Shown piece after piece: positions 1 through 9,834 of a DNA stretch of 51,268 bases. Origin of the DNA: a virus (Duplodnaviria > Caudoviricetes); the IMG/VR virus record IMGVR_UViG_3300022751_000238, positions 1-51,268 of that record; one strand, 5' to 3'. The notes below the pieces were generated by a model. It worked only from the letters and a program-made list of their open reading frames with translations, was not told where the DNA came from and made no database searches. Each line of letters starts with the position of its first letter. The first letter of the stretch is position 1. A program made the position numbers and the translations under genes.

Positions 1-264
1 ATGCAAGAATTGATTCTTTTGCTCAATGTCGTAATACTTCCGCTTTTTATAAAAGCTTGTAAAGACTACAAAGAACCTGTTGTTATTCAGAATGGAACAT
101 TCCGGCCCAAAGGATTTGAAGAAAAATCAGGTAAAGTGCTGGACGAAAATGACAAGACGCAGTTTGCTGATGTCGCACAGCCGATCCACATCGTGCTTGC
201 CGGTGATCAGACCTATTATTTGCCGAGCTATCTGGACGGGACAATCAGTAAGCTGACGTATTAA
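1..264 (+). CDS. hypothetical protein (possibly partial or decayed)
   Basis: 87-aa ORF at the window edge with a hydrophobic N-terminus; no recognisable family. Confidence 0.3.
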   Translation: MQELILLLNVVILPLFIKACKDYKEPVVIQNGTFRPKGFEEKSGKVLDENDKTQFADVAQPIHIVLAGDQTYYLPSYLDGTISKLTY

Positions 265-494
265 AATAAGACTCGACATTCCATTAACTACATTCCGAAC
301 ATCACAGTGAAAGACAGTCTTGATTCCCCTCCGGTTCTAAGCAACATGCAGTGGGCTATTTTAGTCCAGTTGCCAGAGTCGGCAAAACACTATTTTACAG
401 AAATATGACATCTAATTTGGCTGGACTATTGGATATCCGGGATAACCTGGTTTAAATATAAAAGAAGTTTTTCTTATATCTAAATAACTCAAAA

Positions 495-2621
495 ATGAAA
501 AAACTATCTACCTCCATTTTTCTGATGCTTTTGTGGTTCCAAGTGAGCGCGCAATGCCCCCTGCCTGGGAGTATTGATCTTAACTCTCAGGCTGATATCA
601 ACAACTTTCAAACCTTATATGGGTCATGCCCCAACCTGATTATCGATGGAAATCTGCGGATTAATGCGAGTGACGTTACCAGTCTGCTGCCGCTTGTCAA
701 TCTGAAAGGAGTGACCGGTAATCTGGAAATAACCAACAGCGCGGAGCTCCTTTCGCTTGCCGGGCTTGGGAATCTGGAGTATACAGGTAACGGGTTATAT
801 ATTTCTGGCAACGCCAAGCTGTTCAACCTCAATGGCCTGGCAAAACTCGAACAGATTGGACAAGATCTCAATATCGACAATAATGCTTTACTAAGTGACA
901 TCAGCGGTTTGAGCGCGCTTGCCGTTGTTGTTCGGTCTATGTATATACAGAACAATCCAGAACTGGTGATTCCGGGTACGTTCGCCGAATTAACCGATGT
1001 AGGCGATGCGATGTATATCCAGGACAATACGAAAATGACAAACCTGCCTAATTTTCCCAAAATGGTAAATTTTAGTGGTAACATACGAATTTTATCTAAT
1101 CCTGTACTGACTAGTTTAACAGGACTCTCGGCGCTGGAAAACTTGGATGGTGGCCTCGAAATCACCAATAATTCTTCACTGGTCAACCTCAATGACCTCG
1201 CAAAAATCGAGCAGATTGGAGGATATCTCCAAATTATCAATAATGATTCACTGGTCGATATCAGCGGGTTGAGCGCACTTACCTCCGTTGGCAAGTTAAT
1301 GTACATAGGGGGCAATGATAAACTGGTGACTCCGGGCACGTTCGCTGAATTAACCGGCGTAGGGGTTATGCTGTTTATTGAAGGTAACGCCAAAATGACG
1401 AGCCTGCCCAATTTCCCGAAACTCAAACAGATAGGAGAAGATCTCTATATTGTAGGTAATGCTTTACTTGTCAACCTCAATGGCCTCCCGAAACTCGAAC
1501 AGATTGGAGGAGATCTCAATATTTACACTAATGCTTCACTGGTTGACATCAGCGGGTTGAGCGCACTTACGTCTGTTGTCAAATCTATGTATATACGGCA
1601 TAATTCTGGGCTGGTGACTTCGGGTACGTTAGCCGAATTAACCGACGTAGGCAGTACGATGTACATCCAAGACAACGCCAAAATGAAAAGCCTGCCAAAT
1701 TTCCCTAAAATGGTCAATTTTAGTGGTACTATACAAATCTTCAATAACTCTGTGCTGACCAGTTTGGCTGGACTCTCGGCGCTTGAAACCATAGGACTTG
1801 GTATCAGAATCAGTAATAACCCTTTACTCACCAGTCTGAACGGACTTGAAGGGCTCAAGCAGGTAAATCAATACTTTCAGATCAGCGGAAATAACACGCT
1901 TAGTAATATAAGCGCTATCCAGGGCGTTGCCATATCGGAAAACCTGGAAATTTCAAGCAACCCGCTTCTAAGCACCTGCGCAATCGTTTCTGTTTGTTCC
2001 TTACTCAGCACATCGCCGGATCAGATATCCATCGCAGCCAACGCAGCAGGATGCAATACATTTGAAGAAGTTCAGGAAGCTTGTGAAGCAGTTCTTCCGG
2101 TTACCCTGGTCAATTTCTCAGGGAAAATGAACGCCGAAGGTTTTGCTTATTTGGAATGGAGTACCTCTTCCGAGACCAACAGCGATCATTTCGTGATTGA
2201 ACACAGGAGTCCTGAAAACGAAAAATGGTCGGCCTTAGGAAAAGTACCTGCCAAAAGGGAAAGTAGTTCACTGGCCACCTACGACTTCAATCACAACCGG
2301 CCGATGAGCGGTGAAAATCTGTACCGGTTAAAAATGGTCGATGCCGACCAGACTTACGCTCACAGTCGCATCATCAGTATTCGAAGCAAGGATTTTTCAG
2401 ATCTGTATGCCTATCCCAATCCCGTTACCAATAAACTGCATTTCAGTGACTCAGGTGTAACTCAAATATCTTTATTTGACGCAGGTGGTACGCTCAGGCT
2501 CAAAAAGGATCTGACCGATCAAAAGGAGGTGGATTTGAAAAATCTGCTGCCGGGAAGATATCTGCTGAAAGCCCAAACAACGGACGGACGGCTGTATACA
2601 CAGAGCGTTTTAAAGGACTGA
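495..2621 (+). CDS. T9SS-secreted protein with receptor L-domain/LRR-like repeats
   Basis: Signal peptide ending VSA-Q; many ~24-aa 'L..I.G.L.I.NN..L..L.GL' repeats; 'LPVTLVNF' Ig module; C-terminal 'YPNP...GRYLL' T9SS type A sorting domain. Confidence 0.88.
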   Translation: MKKLSTSIFLMLLWFQVSAQCPLPGSIDLNSQADINNFQTLYGSCPNLIIDGNLRINASDVTSLLPLVNLKGVTGNLEITNSAELLSLAGLGNLEYTGNGLYISGNAKLFNLNGLAKLEQIGQDLNIDNNALLSDISGLSALAVVVRSMYIQNNPELVIPGTFAELTDVGDAMYIQDNTKMTNLPNFPKMVNFSGNIRILSNPVLTSLTGLSALENLDGGLEITNNSSLVNLNDLAKIEQIGGYLQIINNDSLVDISGLSALTSVGKLMYIGGNDKLVTPGTFAELTGVGVMLFIEGNAKMTSLPNFPKLKQIGEDLYIVGNALLVNLNGLPKLEQIGGDLNIYTNASLVDISGLSALTSVVKSMYIRHNSGLVTSGTLAELTDVGSTMYIQDNAKMKSLPNFPKMVNFSGTIQIFNNSVLTSLAGLSALETIGLGIRISNNPLLTSLNGLEGLKQVNQYFQISGNNTLSNISAIQGVAISENLEISSNPLLSTCAIVSVCSLLSTSPDQISIAANAAGCNTFEEVQEACEAVLPVTLVNFSGKMNAEGFAYLEWSTSSETNSDHFVIEHRSPENEKWSALGKVPAKRESSSLATYDFNHNRPMSGENLYRLKMVDADQTYAHSRIISIRSKDFSDLYAYPNPVTNKLHFSDSGVTQISLFDAGGTLRLKKDLTDQKEVDLKNLLPGRYLLKAQTTDGRLYTQSVLKD

Positions 2622-2755
2622 TGAGGCGACTTGGTGGAATCTAATCGCGTCGCAAGCGCCTGACCATTTGCCCCCCTTTTACAAATTGGGGCAAGCCTGT
2701 TGTATATAGTTCAAAAACTCAACAAACCGATTCACAATTTAGAGTATAAACTCAA

Positions 2756-5700
2756 TTGAAAAATTTCATGAAAACATATATACAAACATTTGTGCCTCCT
2801 TTTTATGGCGGCTTTAAAGCAAAAGTACTAAACAAATACCGCGCAATTCGCAGTTTTGTCAGTTGTTTTTCAATGTCTGAAAATGCATTTTACACCTTTT
2901 TCTTACAAAGATTATGGCGGTCTTTATTATGTTTGACCTTGTTTCTTTCGGCTGCTGGAGACAGTATTTACGCACAAAGCTATTGCGCCTCCACTGGAGG
3001 TTATGGAGGTAATGGTCAGGATATTTCAAATGTACAGATCGGCACGTTAAACAATACCTCCAATTGTAATTCAACAGGTGGCACAGGATCTATACAAAAT
3101 AGCTATTCGGACTACACCAATCTTGCTGCTCCGGATCTTCCGCAACTAAACCCTCTTTCCTTTTCGGTTGGTATCGCTAGTTGCAACAATTACACAAATA
3201 TCATGATTTCAATTTGGATCGATTATAACCATAATGGAAGTTTTGATGCGCCCGATGAACGCGTCTATCAGTCAGGCGCAAACGCCGATGCATTTTATAA
3301 TGTAACAGGTTCCATCATTATTCCGGAGAGTGCCTTGTTAGGCCCAACTCGTATGAGAGTAATTGCTTCGGCAAATACAAATGTAAATCCTTGCGGAAGT
3401 TATCGTGACGGTGAGACGGAAGATTATACAGTGAATATTACAGAACCAGTGTATTGCAGCGGCACACCAGCACCGGGAAGCACGTTAGCAAGTCAAACCA
3501 CTGTTTGCTTCAATGAAACCGTTGACTTCTCGTTTTCTTCGTCATCCGCAATGAACAATATAAATGCTACCGGATTCACTTACCAATGGTTTAATAATGC
3601 AGGCCCTGTTTCGGGTGCGACCAACCCTACCTATACAGCAACTATTACCAAATCCGATGATTTTTATTGTGAAGTTACCTGTAGCCAGAGTGGCCAAACA
3701 GGTCAATCCACTCCGGTTGCTATTAATTTGACACCATACACCGAATGTTATTGTGCTTCTGCTGCAGGCAGCACCACGGGTTTGGATATTTTCAATGTAA
3801 CAGCAGGAACATTAGATAATTCAACGAACGTTTCTCAAACCGGTGGGCCCGGATCGCTATTGAATCGTTATTCCGATTTTACCACCTTAGTGGCTGCGCC
3901 GGTTTTTAACCAACTAGCTACGATTCCATTTTCGATACAAGTCGCTGAAAACGGCGGTTACGCCCGAACTTCGATCTGGATTGACTACAACCACAATGGC
4001 ATTTTTGAGAGCCCGGATGAACGGGTGTATCAAACAGCAGAATCAAATTTTGGAAACTATGTGCTTAACGGCTCTTTCACGATTCCGATCACCGCTTTAA
4101 CGGGTAATACCCGGATGAGAATTATTACCAATGCCGGTCAAACGCCGGTAAGCTCTGCTTGTGGAAATTTTGGTGAGGGAGAAACCGAAGATTATTCCGT
4201 CAATATCGCGGCACCTGTTGCTTGTAGCGGCAGCCCTGCGCAAACGAACACAATTGCCACGCAACACCTCGTTTGTCCGGAAGCTAAATACACATTTTCT
4301 CTGAGCCCATCCATTAGTACTGGCGGTAATACGTATCAATGGTATAACAATGCCGGAATAATTGCCGGTGCCACAAATGAAACTTACACAGCAACCATTA
4401 CAAGTCCGGATGATTTTTATTGTGATGTAACCTGTCCAACGGGAGAAAAAACAACAAGATCAATTCCTGTTTCTGTCCTGACATGTTATTGCACTTCTAC
4501 TGCTGACGTTAATGGGGGGCTGGATATTTATAATGTAACAGCAGGAACACTAAATCATTCAACTACCCCTTTTGAAACCGGAGGGCCGGGATCGATATTA
4601 AGAAGTTATTCTGACTTTACAACCTTGGTGGATGCACCGGTGTTTAATAAATTAGCCACGATTCCATTTTCAGTAACGGTCGGCGGAGGTGCCACTTATA
4701 TCCATACCGCCATCTGGATTGACTACAACCGTAATGGCGTTTTTGAGAGTCCAGCTGAATATATATTTCAAGAAACAGGTTTTGCCGGGTATACTGCAAC
4801 TGGTTCCTTCACAATCCCCCAAACCGCATTAACAGGTGTGACCCGTATGAGAATAGTTACCAATGAAGGTAATCTGGCAATAAATTCCGCTTGTCAAAAT
4901 TATGGTCCGGGAGAAACAGAAGATTATCTGGTGAATATTGCACCATCACCGCCTTGCAGTGACTTTCCGCCACAAACTAACGCAATAGCTACTCAAAACC
5001 CGGTTTGTCCGCAGGTGAGCTTTACTTTTTCACTCAGTCCTTCTATCATTACTTCAGGCAATACCTATCAATGGTATAATGATGCGGGCCTGATTGCTGG
5101 CGCTACTAATGAAACTTATACCGCGATCATTTCAGGTGCGGATAATTTTTATTGTGATGTAACCTGTCCCAACGGTGAAAACACAACCAGATCAATACCA
5201 GTTGCTGTGAAAGAGCCCTACCTTTACTGTCCTTGCAGCTCTGTTTCCAATGATCCGGAAGCTGAGGACATATTTAATGTAACGATTGGCGAATTAAATA
5301 ACTCCTCTAATTGTGGTTCAACCGGTGGTGCGGGGTCGATACTAAACAGGTATTCGGATTACACTTCCTTGGTGGCTGCTCCGAATTTTGCGAAATCAAA
5401 TACTATTCCAGTCTCTATTCAGATAGGCATTTGTAATTCTTATGAACCCAGCGCAACATCTGTTTGGATCGATTACAACCACAATGGAAGTTTTGACTCG
5501 CCTGACGAAAGAGTATATTACGCAGGAGGTAACTATTCCCCAAACTATACTTTAACGGGTTCAATCACAATTCCGGAAACTGCTTTGTTAGGTCTGACTC
5601 GCATGAGAGTTATATGCGGCAATGGAGGGATAGATGCTTCTGCATGCGGTGGTTATGGCGGTGGTGAAACGGAAGATTATTTTGTTAATATTCTTGCTCC

Positions 5701-7039
5701 GACTTGTGGTGACACGCCTACTGCTGGCAATACAGAAGTAAGTCAAAACAATGTGTGTGCCAATACAAGCATTACTTTGTCACTGACATCTCCACCAACA
5801 ATTACCAACGGAATCACCTATCAGTGGTTCAATAGTGGCGGTGCAATTACAGGTGCAACAGATGCCACCTATACGACAACAATTACAACCACAGGTAGTT
5901 TTTATTGCGAAGTGACCTGTACCAGCAGTTCATTAAAAACTTCATCGACACCTTTAACGGTAAATGTAACCCCAGTCTCCCTGCCAACATCAGCTACAAC
6001 CCATACACAAAACGTAGCTACAACGCCTCTGGTAGCCAATGATTGCCAATATATCGCCAAGGTATTACCAACAATTGGCTTTACGGAGGCTACTGTTAAA
6101 AGCTGGATTGAGACAATCCCACCGTTTAAATATGTACCAAGACATTATGAAATTACACCAGCTACCAGCCCGAATACGGCAACTGGTACGGTAACCTTGT
6201 ATTTCTCACAAGCCGATTTTAATGCCTATAATGGAACCATCACGAGCGGCTTGTTACCAACCGGCCCAACTGATTTATCAAAAATCACCAATTTCGAAAT
6301 CCTTAAATACGCAGGAACCAGTCCGACAGGCCTGAGCTATTCTGGTTCACCAACATATATCCCTGGCGAAGGAAATTCCTGGAATACAGGATCTTATACT
6401 TTTGTTTGGAATGCAACAAATTCCATTTGGGAAGTCACATTCCCTGTTTCGGGTTTTAGTGGCTTTTTGGCTAAATCAATTTCACAAGCTTTACCAGTTA
6501 CTTTAATTTCTTTCACAGGAAAAGTCATAGAGAAAGAGAATGAACTTCATTGGAAAACCAGCTCAGAAACCAATTTCAGCCATTTCGAAATCCAAAGAAG
6601 TGTGAATGCAAAAACATTTGAGAAAATAGGCACCCAGGCACCGAATGCGTCAGGCAATTATACATTCCTTGACTCGAACTCCCCCAATGGGAACGCATTT
6701 TATCGCCTCAAAATGATAGATCGGGCCGCGGGCGGTATGGATGGTACTTACAGTTTCTCAAGAATAATTGCAATAGAAAACAATGCAGAAAAAGCTATTA
6801 TTGGCAATTTCTATCCCAACCCAAGTACTGGCAAAGCATACATTGAAATTAAGGCAATAGAAAAAGGAACCTGGAACATAACTACTTATGATTTAAGAGG
6901 AAGAGTAATCTCATCTAAAAGTAAACTTTTACAAATAGGATTGAATAAAATTCCGATAGAGATGCTGAATCGTGGTTTAAATCTTGTGAAGTTTGAGAAT
7001 GGAATTATTTCTGAAACCAGGAAAGTAATAAAAGAGTAG
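2756..7039 (+). CDS. T9SS-secreted protein with four GEVED domains and Ig-like linkers
   Basis: Four 'WIDYN.NG.F...TRMR...GETEDY' repeats separated by 'TYQW.N...GAT..TY' Ig-like units; 'LPVTLISF' module and 'FYPNP' sorting domain; true start may be downstream of the TTG. Confidence 0.88.
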   Translation: MKNFMKTYIQTFVPPFYGGFKAKVLNKYRAIRSFVSCFSMSENAFYTFFLQRLWRSLLCLTLFLSAAGDSIYAQSYCASTGGYGGNGQDISNVQIGTLNNTSNCNSTGGTGSIQNSYSDYTNLAAPDLPQLNPLSFSVGIASCNNYTNIMISIWIDYNHNGSFDAPDERVYQSGANADAFYNVTGSIIIPESALLGPTRMRVIASANTNVNPCGSYRDGETEDYTVNITEPVYCSGTPAPGSTLASQTTVCFNETVDFSFSSSSAMNNINATGFTYQWFNNAGPVSGATNPTYTATITKSDDFYCEVTCSQSGQTGQSTPVAINLTPYTECYCASAAGSTTGLDIFNVTAGTLDNSTNVSQTGGPGSLLNRYSDFTTLVAAPVFNQLATIPFSIQVAENGGYARTSIWIDYNHNGIFESPDERVYQTAESNFGNYVLNGSFTIPITALTGNTRMRIITNAGQTPVSSACGNFGEGETEDYSVNIAAPVACSGSPAQTNTIATQHLVCPEAKYTFSLSPSISTGGNTYQWYNNAGIIAGATNETYTATITSPDDFYCDVTCPTGEKTTRSIPVSVLTCYCTSTADVNGGLDIYNVTAGTLNHSTTPFETGGPGSILRSYSDFTTLVDAPVFNKLATIPFSVTVGGGATYIHTAIWIDYNRNGVFESPAEYIFQETGFAGYTATGSFTIPQTALTGVTRMRIVTNEGNLAINSACQNYGPGETEDYLVNIAPSPPCSDFPPQTNAIATQNPVCPQVSFTFSLSPSIITSGNTYQWYNDAGLIAGATNETYTAIISGADNFYCDVTCPNGENTTRSIPVAVKEPYLYCPCSSVSNDPEAEDIFNVTIGELNNSSNCGSTGGAGSILNRYSDYTSLVAAPNFAKSNTIPVSIQIGICNSYEPSATSVWIDYNHNGSFDSPDERVYYAGGNYSPNYTLTGSITIPETALLGLTRMRVICGNGGIDASACGGYGGGETEDYFVNILAPTCGDTPTAGNTEVSQNNVCANTSITLSLTSPPTITNGITYQWFNSGGAITGATDATYTTTITTTGSFYCEVTCTSSSLKTSSTPLTVNVTPVSLPTSATTHTQNVATTPLVANDCQYIAKVLPTIGFTEATVKSWIETIPPFKYVPRHYEITPATSPNTATGTVTLYFSQADFNAYNGTITSGLLPTGPTDLSKITNFEILKYAGTSPTGLSYSGSPTYIPGEGNSWNTGSYTFVWNATNSIWEVTFPVSGFSGFLAKSISQALPVTLISFTGKVIEKENELHWKTSSETNFSHFEIQRSVNAKTFEKIGTQAPNASGNYTFLDSNSPNGNAFYRLKMIDRAAGGMDGTYSFSRIIAIENNAEKAIIGNFYPNPSTGKAYIEIKAIEKGTWNITTYDLRGRVISSKSKLLQIGLNKIPIEMLNRGLNLVKFENGIISETRKVIKE

Positions 7040-7067
7040 CGTTTTTAAATATTATTTCGAATCCAAA

Positions 7068-7104
7068 AAAAATAGAAATTACGTTTTTCGTAATTTCTAT
7101 TTTT
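7068..7104. terminator. bidirectional intrinsic terminator
   Basis: aaaaatagaaattacg-ttttt-cgtaatttctattttt perfect inverted repeat just after the GEVED gene. Confidence 0.75.
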
Positions 7105-7319
7105 AACAATCTAATTGATTCCAAGAAATTGAAATATCATCTGCTGTATGGAGAATTCGGATACACGGACCAGAGGATTCCACAGCAGAATGACCACTTT
7201 GAGAAATCGTTTAACCCTAGTGTATTTCTTTATTATTCAATCCTTTGTAATTAATTGCAATGTCCGATATTATATGACCTCGATTTCCGTATTCAGGTAG
7301 TCACAGGCACCGAAGTCTC

Positions 7320-7512
7320 TAGATTGTGCCCCCCACGATTATTGATAACTTTTTTATCATCCGGGAAGCGGCAGAACCACAGATAATTACAACCAGATGT
7401 CTCTGCTGAGAGGCCCATGTGTTCCAAAAAATTCAAATGCTGGCAAAAAGCCTGAGCGGGGTGTATCAATCCAAGGAAATTCATCGAAGAATACTATGCA
7501 TTTTTTGGTCAT
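7320..7512 (-). pseudogene. frameshifted fragment of an AAA ATPase (archaeal-ATPase-like family)
   Basis: Minus strand reads KKCIVFFDEFPWIDTPRSGFLPAFEFF / WNTWASQQRHLVVIICGSAASRMIKK / VINNRGG across frameshifts, i.e. Walker B plus the 'CGS' sensor motif. Confidence 0.75.
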
Positions 7513-7524
7513 TTTCAAAAACAA

Positions 7525-7557
7525 AAAACCCTGTAAATGTTTGATTTACAGGGTTTT
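7525..7557 (-). terminator. hairpin downstream of the tRNA 3' fragment, containing an IHF-consensus match
   Basis: aaaaccctgtaaat-gtttg-atttacagggtttt 14-bp stem; minus strand of 7534-7546 reads AATCAAACATTTA, matching WATCAANNNNTTR. Confidence 0.6.
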
Positions 7558-7580
7558 GATGCTTTTTGTTACTGTATTTT

Positions 7581-7604
7581 GCAGAGAGAGAGGTATTGAA
7601 ACCC
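7581..7604 (-). other. prophage att site: displaced tRNA-Ser-like 3' end
   Basis: Reverse complement GGGTTTCAATACCTCTCTCTCTGC resembles a tRNA T-arm/acceptor 3' end (GGGTTCGAATCCCTCTCTCTCTGC); no D or anticodon arm upstream; lies at the host/phage boundary. Confidence 0.75.
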
Positions 7605-7648
7605 TTGTCGCAACTAATTGGTAGTGAGCTTATTTTGCATTCGCAAAA

Positions 7649-7672
7649 CTATGGCGTAACCTATCCCGTAAC
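7649..7672. repeat. 12-bp tandem repeat, candidate integrase arm-type sites
   Basis: ctatggcgtaac / ctatcccgtaac, ~45 bp inside the att fragment. Confidence 0.5.
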
Positions 7673-7674
7673 CG

Positions 7675-8094
7675 CTATGCAGTTTCTCCCATTTCTGGAA
7701 TTAACCGCATAACATTACGAGATGCTCTTAATTTGATTACACCGTTATGCTTTCCCAGCAAATCCATTAACTTTTCAATTTGTCGATCCTTGACATCTAA
7801 TTGATTTAATAGGCGTTTGAATTGCTCCTCCAATGAGGTTAAATGTTCCAGCAAATAATTAGAATCATTTCCACCTTCACCAGTATTTGTGTTATTCCAA
7901 CGATTTAAAAAATCCTCCTTTGTTACACCTAATGCAGCAGACCATCTTTCGATTTCATTATCAGAAAAAACCATCTTTGCATAGCTCTGGTAAACAGCTT
8001 GTCTACTAACCGACATTTTTTCGCCAACCTCTTTGGCTTTCAAGCCTTTTTCATCGATAATTTGCTTGACAATCATTCCTGCGGGAATTTTCAT
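7675..8094 (-). CDS. XRE-family HTH phage repressor (CI-like)
   Basis: 'GLKAKEVGEKMSVSRQAVYQ' HTH, C-terminal coiled coil, divergent from the early operon; no S24 peptidase domain visible. Confidence 0.8.
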   Translation of the reverse strand: MKIPAGMIVKQIIDEKGLKAKEVGEKMSVSRQAVYQSYAKMVFSDNEIERWSAALGVTKEDFLNRWNNTNTGEGGNDSNYLLEHLTSLEEQFKRLLNQLDVKDRQIEKLMDLLGKHNGVIKLRASRNVMRLIPEMGETA

Positions 8095-8217
8095 AACACT
8101 TATCTATTTATATTTACAAATAAAATAATTCTCTTTACGTTTCAATTGCAAATATTGACATTTGAAACGTAATTGTCAAGCCATTCACACAAAATGTAAA
8201 CCACTTAACATAAAAAA

Positions 8218-8243
8218 TCCCGTAAACTCTTAGGATTACGGGA
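8218..8243 (-). terminator. intrinsic terminator of the 8269-8841 gene
   Basis: tcccgtaa...ttacggga stem followed by a T-run on the minus strand. Confidence 0.6.
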
Positions 8244-8268
8244 CTCAGGAAGGTCTGATCGAAAGTTT

Positions 8269-8841
8269 TTAAAAATCAGTTTCTTTTTTGCCCGTTCCTG
8301 CCATTATTTTTTTTAGCTTCTCAATTTGTTTCAAAACAGTCTCATCAGTCCCCTCCTTTATTTTGTTCCATTGCCAGTTTGAAGGCATCATTTCAGAAAT
8401 TATGCTTTTAGCTCCTGATTTTTTATTTTCCAATGGCCCACAGGATACTACCTTAGGAAGCCCATCTGAATCATGAACGAAATCAGTGAATGTGTATTTG
8501 TATTTATCGTCTTTTACAATTATAGTGATAGTGTAACTAACTGATCCAACCTCAAATTTATTATTAAGGGGTGGATTATTAACCTTCACTGGATTATTAA
8601 CCTTTCCTAATAGCTTTCCAGTCTCTTTATCTTCAAGTTCCAATGCAATCTTAGTAATGCCGGTGCCAGTCACATACCAAGTTTTTGCTCTATTGTACAA
8701 GTCATCCTTTTTAATGCCTGGCGCATCTACCACCTCGGTGTAAGTAATTTTTTGAGTCTCTTGATCAATCGGAAATTTTTGTGCGTGTGAAATTGATGAT
8801 GTTATCAAAATAACGGAGAGTAGTAAAAATTTAATTTTCAT
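8269..8841 (-). CDS. exported DUF4468-like protein, candidate superinfection exclusion
   Basis: Signal peptide SHA-Q; 'ITYTEVV..PG..KDDLYNRAK.W', 'DKETGK', 'KDDKYKY.F' pattern; located between repressor and cro. Confidence 0.65.
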   Translation of the reverse strand: MKIKFLLLSVILITSSISHAQKFPIDQETQKITYTEVVDAPGIKKDDLYNRAKTWYVTGTGITKIALELEDKETGKLLGKVNNPVKVNNPPLNNKFEVGSVSYTITIIVKDDKYKYTFTDFVHDSDGLPKVVSCGPLENKKSGAKSIISEMMPSNWQWNKIKEGTDETVLKQIEKLKKIMAGTGKKETDF

Positions 8842-8890
8842 TTAATGAATTGATTAATAAATAGTTAAGATATATGTGAAAAATAATAAA

Positions 8891-8931
8891 TATAATATCT
8901 TGACATTGTAAATATATTATATTTACATTTG
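8891..8931 (+). promoter_or_regulatory. early lytic promoter with overlapping palindromic operator
   Basis: 31-bp imperfect palindrome TATAATAT-CTTGACA-T-TGTAAAT-ATATTATA (8891-8921); TACATTTG at 8924-8931 matches the Bacteroidota -7 box TAnnTTTG. Confidence 0.7.
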
Positions 8932-8987
8932 AATCGTAATAACAATTCAAGCGCAATAATAGCGAAATACTTTAATAACCCACGAGA

Positions 8988-9236
8988 ATGAATATCTCCG
9001 TAGACAAAAAAAGGACGCCACTTGGCGAGGTGCTATTTAAGCTGCCAGACTGGCGGCGAACCCATATTAAGGGTAAACTTTTAGAAAAGGGGCTGACTGA
9101 GGGGAAATGGAGAGGAATTTACGAACGTGTCGAAGCACACATGCTTCCAGATTTCGTCCGCGAGGTTATTTTGGAAGAGCTTCCAGAAGCCGAAAAATTA
9201 TTTAAAGTGCCAAACATATTTTTCGACGAAAAATAA
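8988..9236 (+). CDS. Cro-like small DNA-binding protein
   Basis: First gene of the early operon, divergent from the repressor; helical 82-aa protein. Confidence 0.55.
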   Translation: MNISVDKKRTPLGEVLFKLPDWRRTHIKGKLLEKGLTEGKWRGIYERVEAHMLPDFVREVILEELPEAEKLFKVPNIFFDEK

Positions 9237-9272
9237 TTCCAGACTTTTTCAGTAAACCCCAAATAAACCATC

Positions 9273-9440
9273 ATGAAAGACATATATGCTTTAATCGGTG
9301 TCACCATGCTTGTACTTCTAGGCGGATCAATCGCTGAATATGTAGCAAACCATAAAGGTTTTTTTACCGCGGTGGGTATCACCATTTTCGCTGTTATTTT
9401 CATTTATAGCGTGATCAAAAGCGCAAAAACAAGTAAGTAA
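9273..9440 (+). CDS. small 2-TM membrane protein (55 aa, not in ORF track)
   Basis: MKDIYALIGVTMLVLLGGSIAEYVANHKGFFTAVGITIFAVIFIYSVIKSAKTSK; stop overlaps the next ATG. Confidence 0.65.
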   Translation: MKDIYALIGVTMLVLLGGSIAEYVANHKGFFTAVGITIFAVIFIYSVIKSAKTSK

Positions 9441-9565
9441 TGGAGCTTTATTTGTCAATCACCCTTTTTGCTGCTGCTTTTTTCGCCTTGGGATACGTGT
9501 ATGGCCAATACCGGGAAATGGTTCGTCTGAGCAAATTGGAAAAGGAAGGAGGAGACGAGCTATGA
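9440..9565 (+). CDS. small single-TM protein (41 aa, not in ORF track)
   Basis: MELYLSITLFAAAFFALGYVYGQYREMVRLSKLEKEGGDEL; TAATG and ATGA overlaps on both sides. Confidence 0.65.
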   Translation: MELYLSITLFAAAFFALGYVYGQYREMVRLSKLEKEGGDEL

Positions 9566-9834
9566 CGAACCGCGAAAAGTTTCTGGCTGGTGCAATATTC
9601 AAAGTTGGCACATCAAATGAGGAATTCCGGTTACAGCCCAAAAACGGCGAATTTTCAAACGATATCATCCAGGTTAATGTCTCATCTATCTGTTATGATT
9701 TTAAGGATTTTTGCGAGGTATCCCACCATTCTGAAAAGGGTTTCATTTACGTGATATCAGCATTCGGAAAACCTCATATTGAAGCACTGTTATTTGAAAA
9801 TATGATTTTTCACCAAGAAAATGAAATGTCATGA
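9562..9834 (+). CDS. phage early hypothetical protein
   Basis: ATGA-coupled within the early operon. Confidence 0.6.
   Translation: MTNREKFLAGAIFKVGTSNEEFRLQPKNGEFSNDIIQVNVSSICYDFKDFCEVSHHSEKGFIYVISAFGKPHIEALLFENMIFHQENEMS

Noticed and set aside
608-1858. Long antisense ORFs 608-1426 and 1523-1858
   Set aside because: Shadow frames of the repetitive L-domain gene; no independent protein features
7581-7604. Functional tRNA gene
   Set aside because: Only the T-arm/acceptor 3' half is present and the T-loop is altered
7293-7624. Track ORFs 7293-7484 (-) and 7397-7624 (+) as genes
   Set aside because: They are off-frame readings of the ATPase pseudogene, terminator and att site
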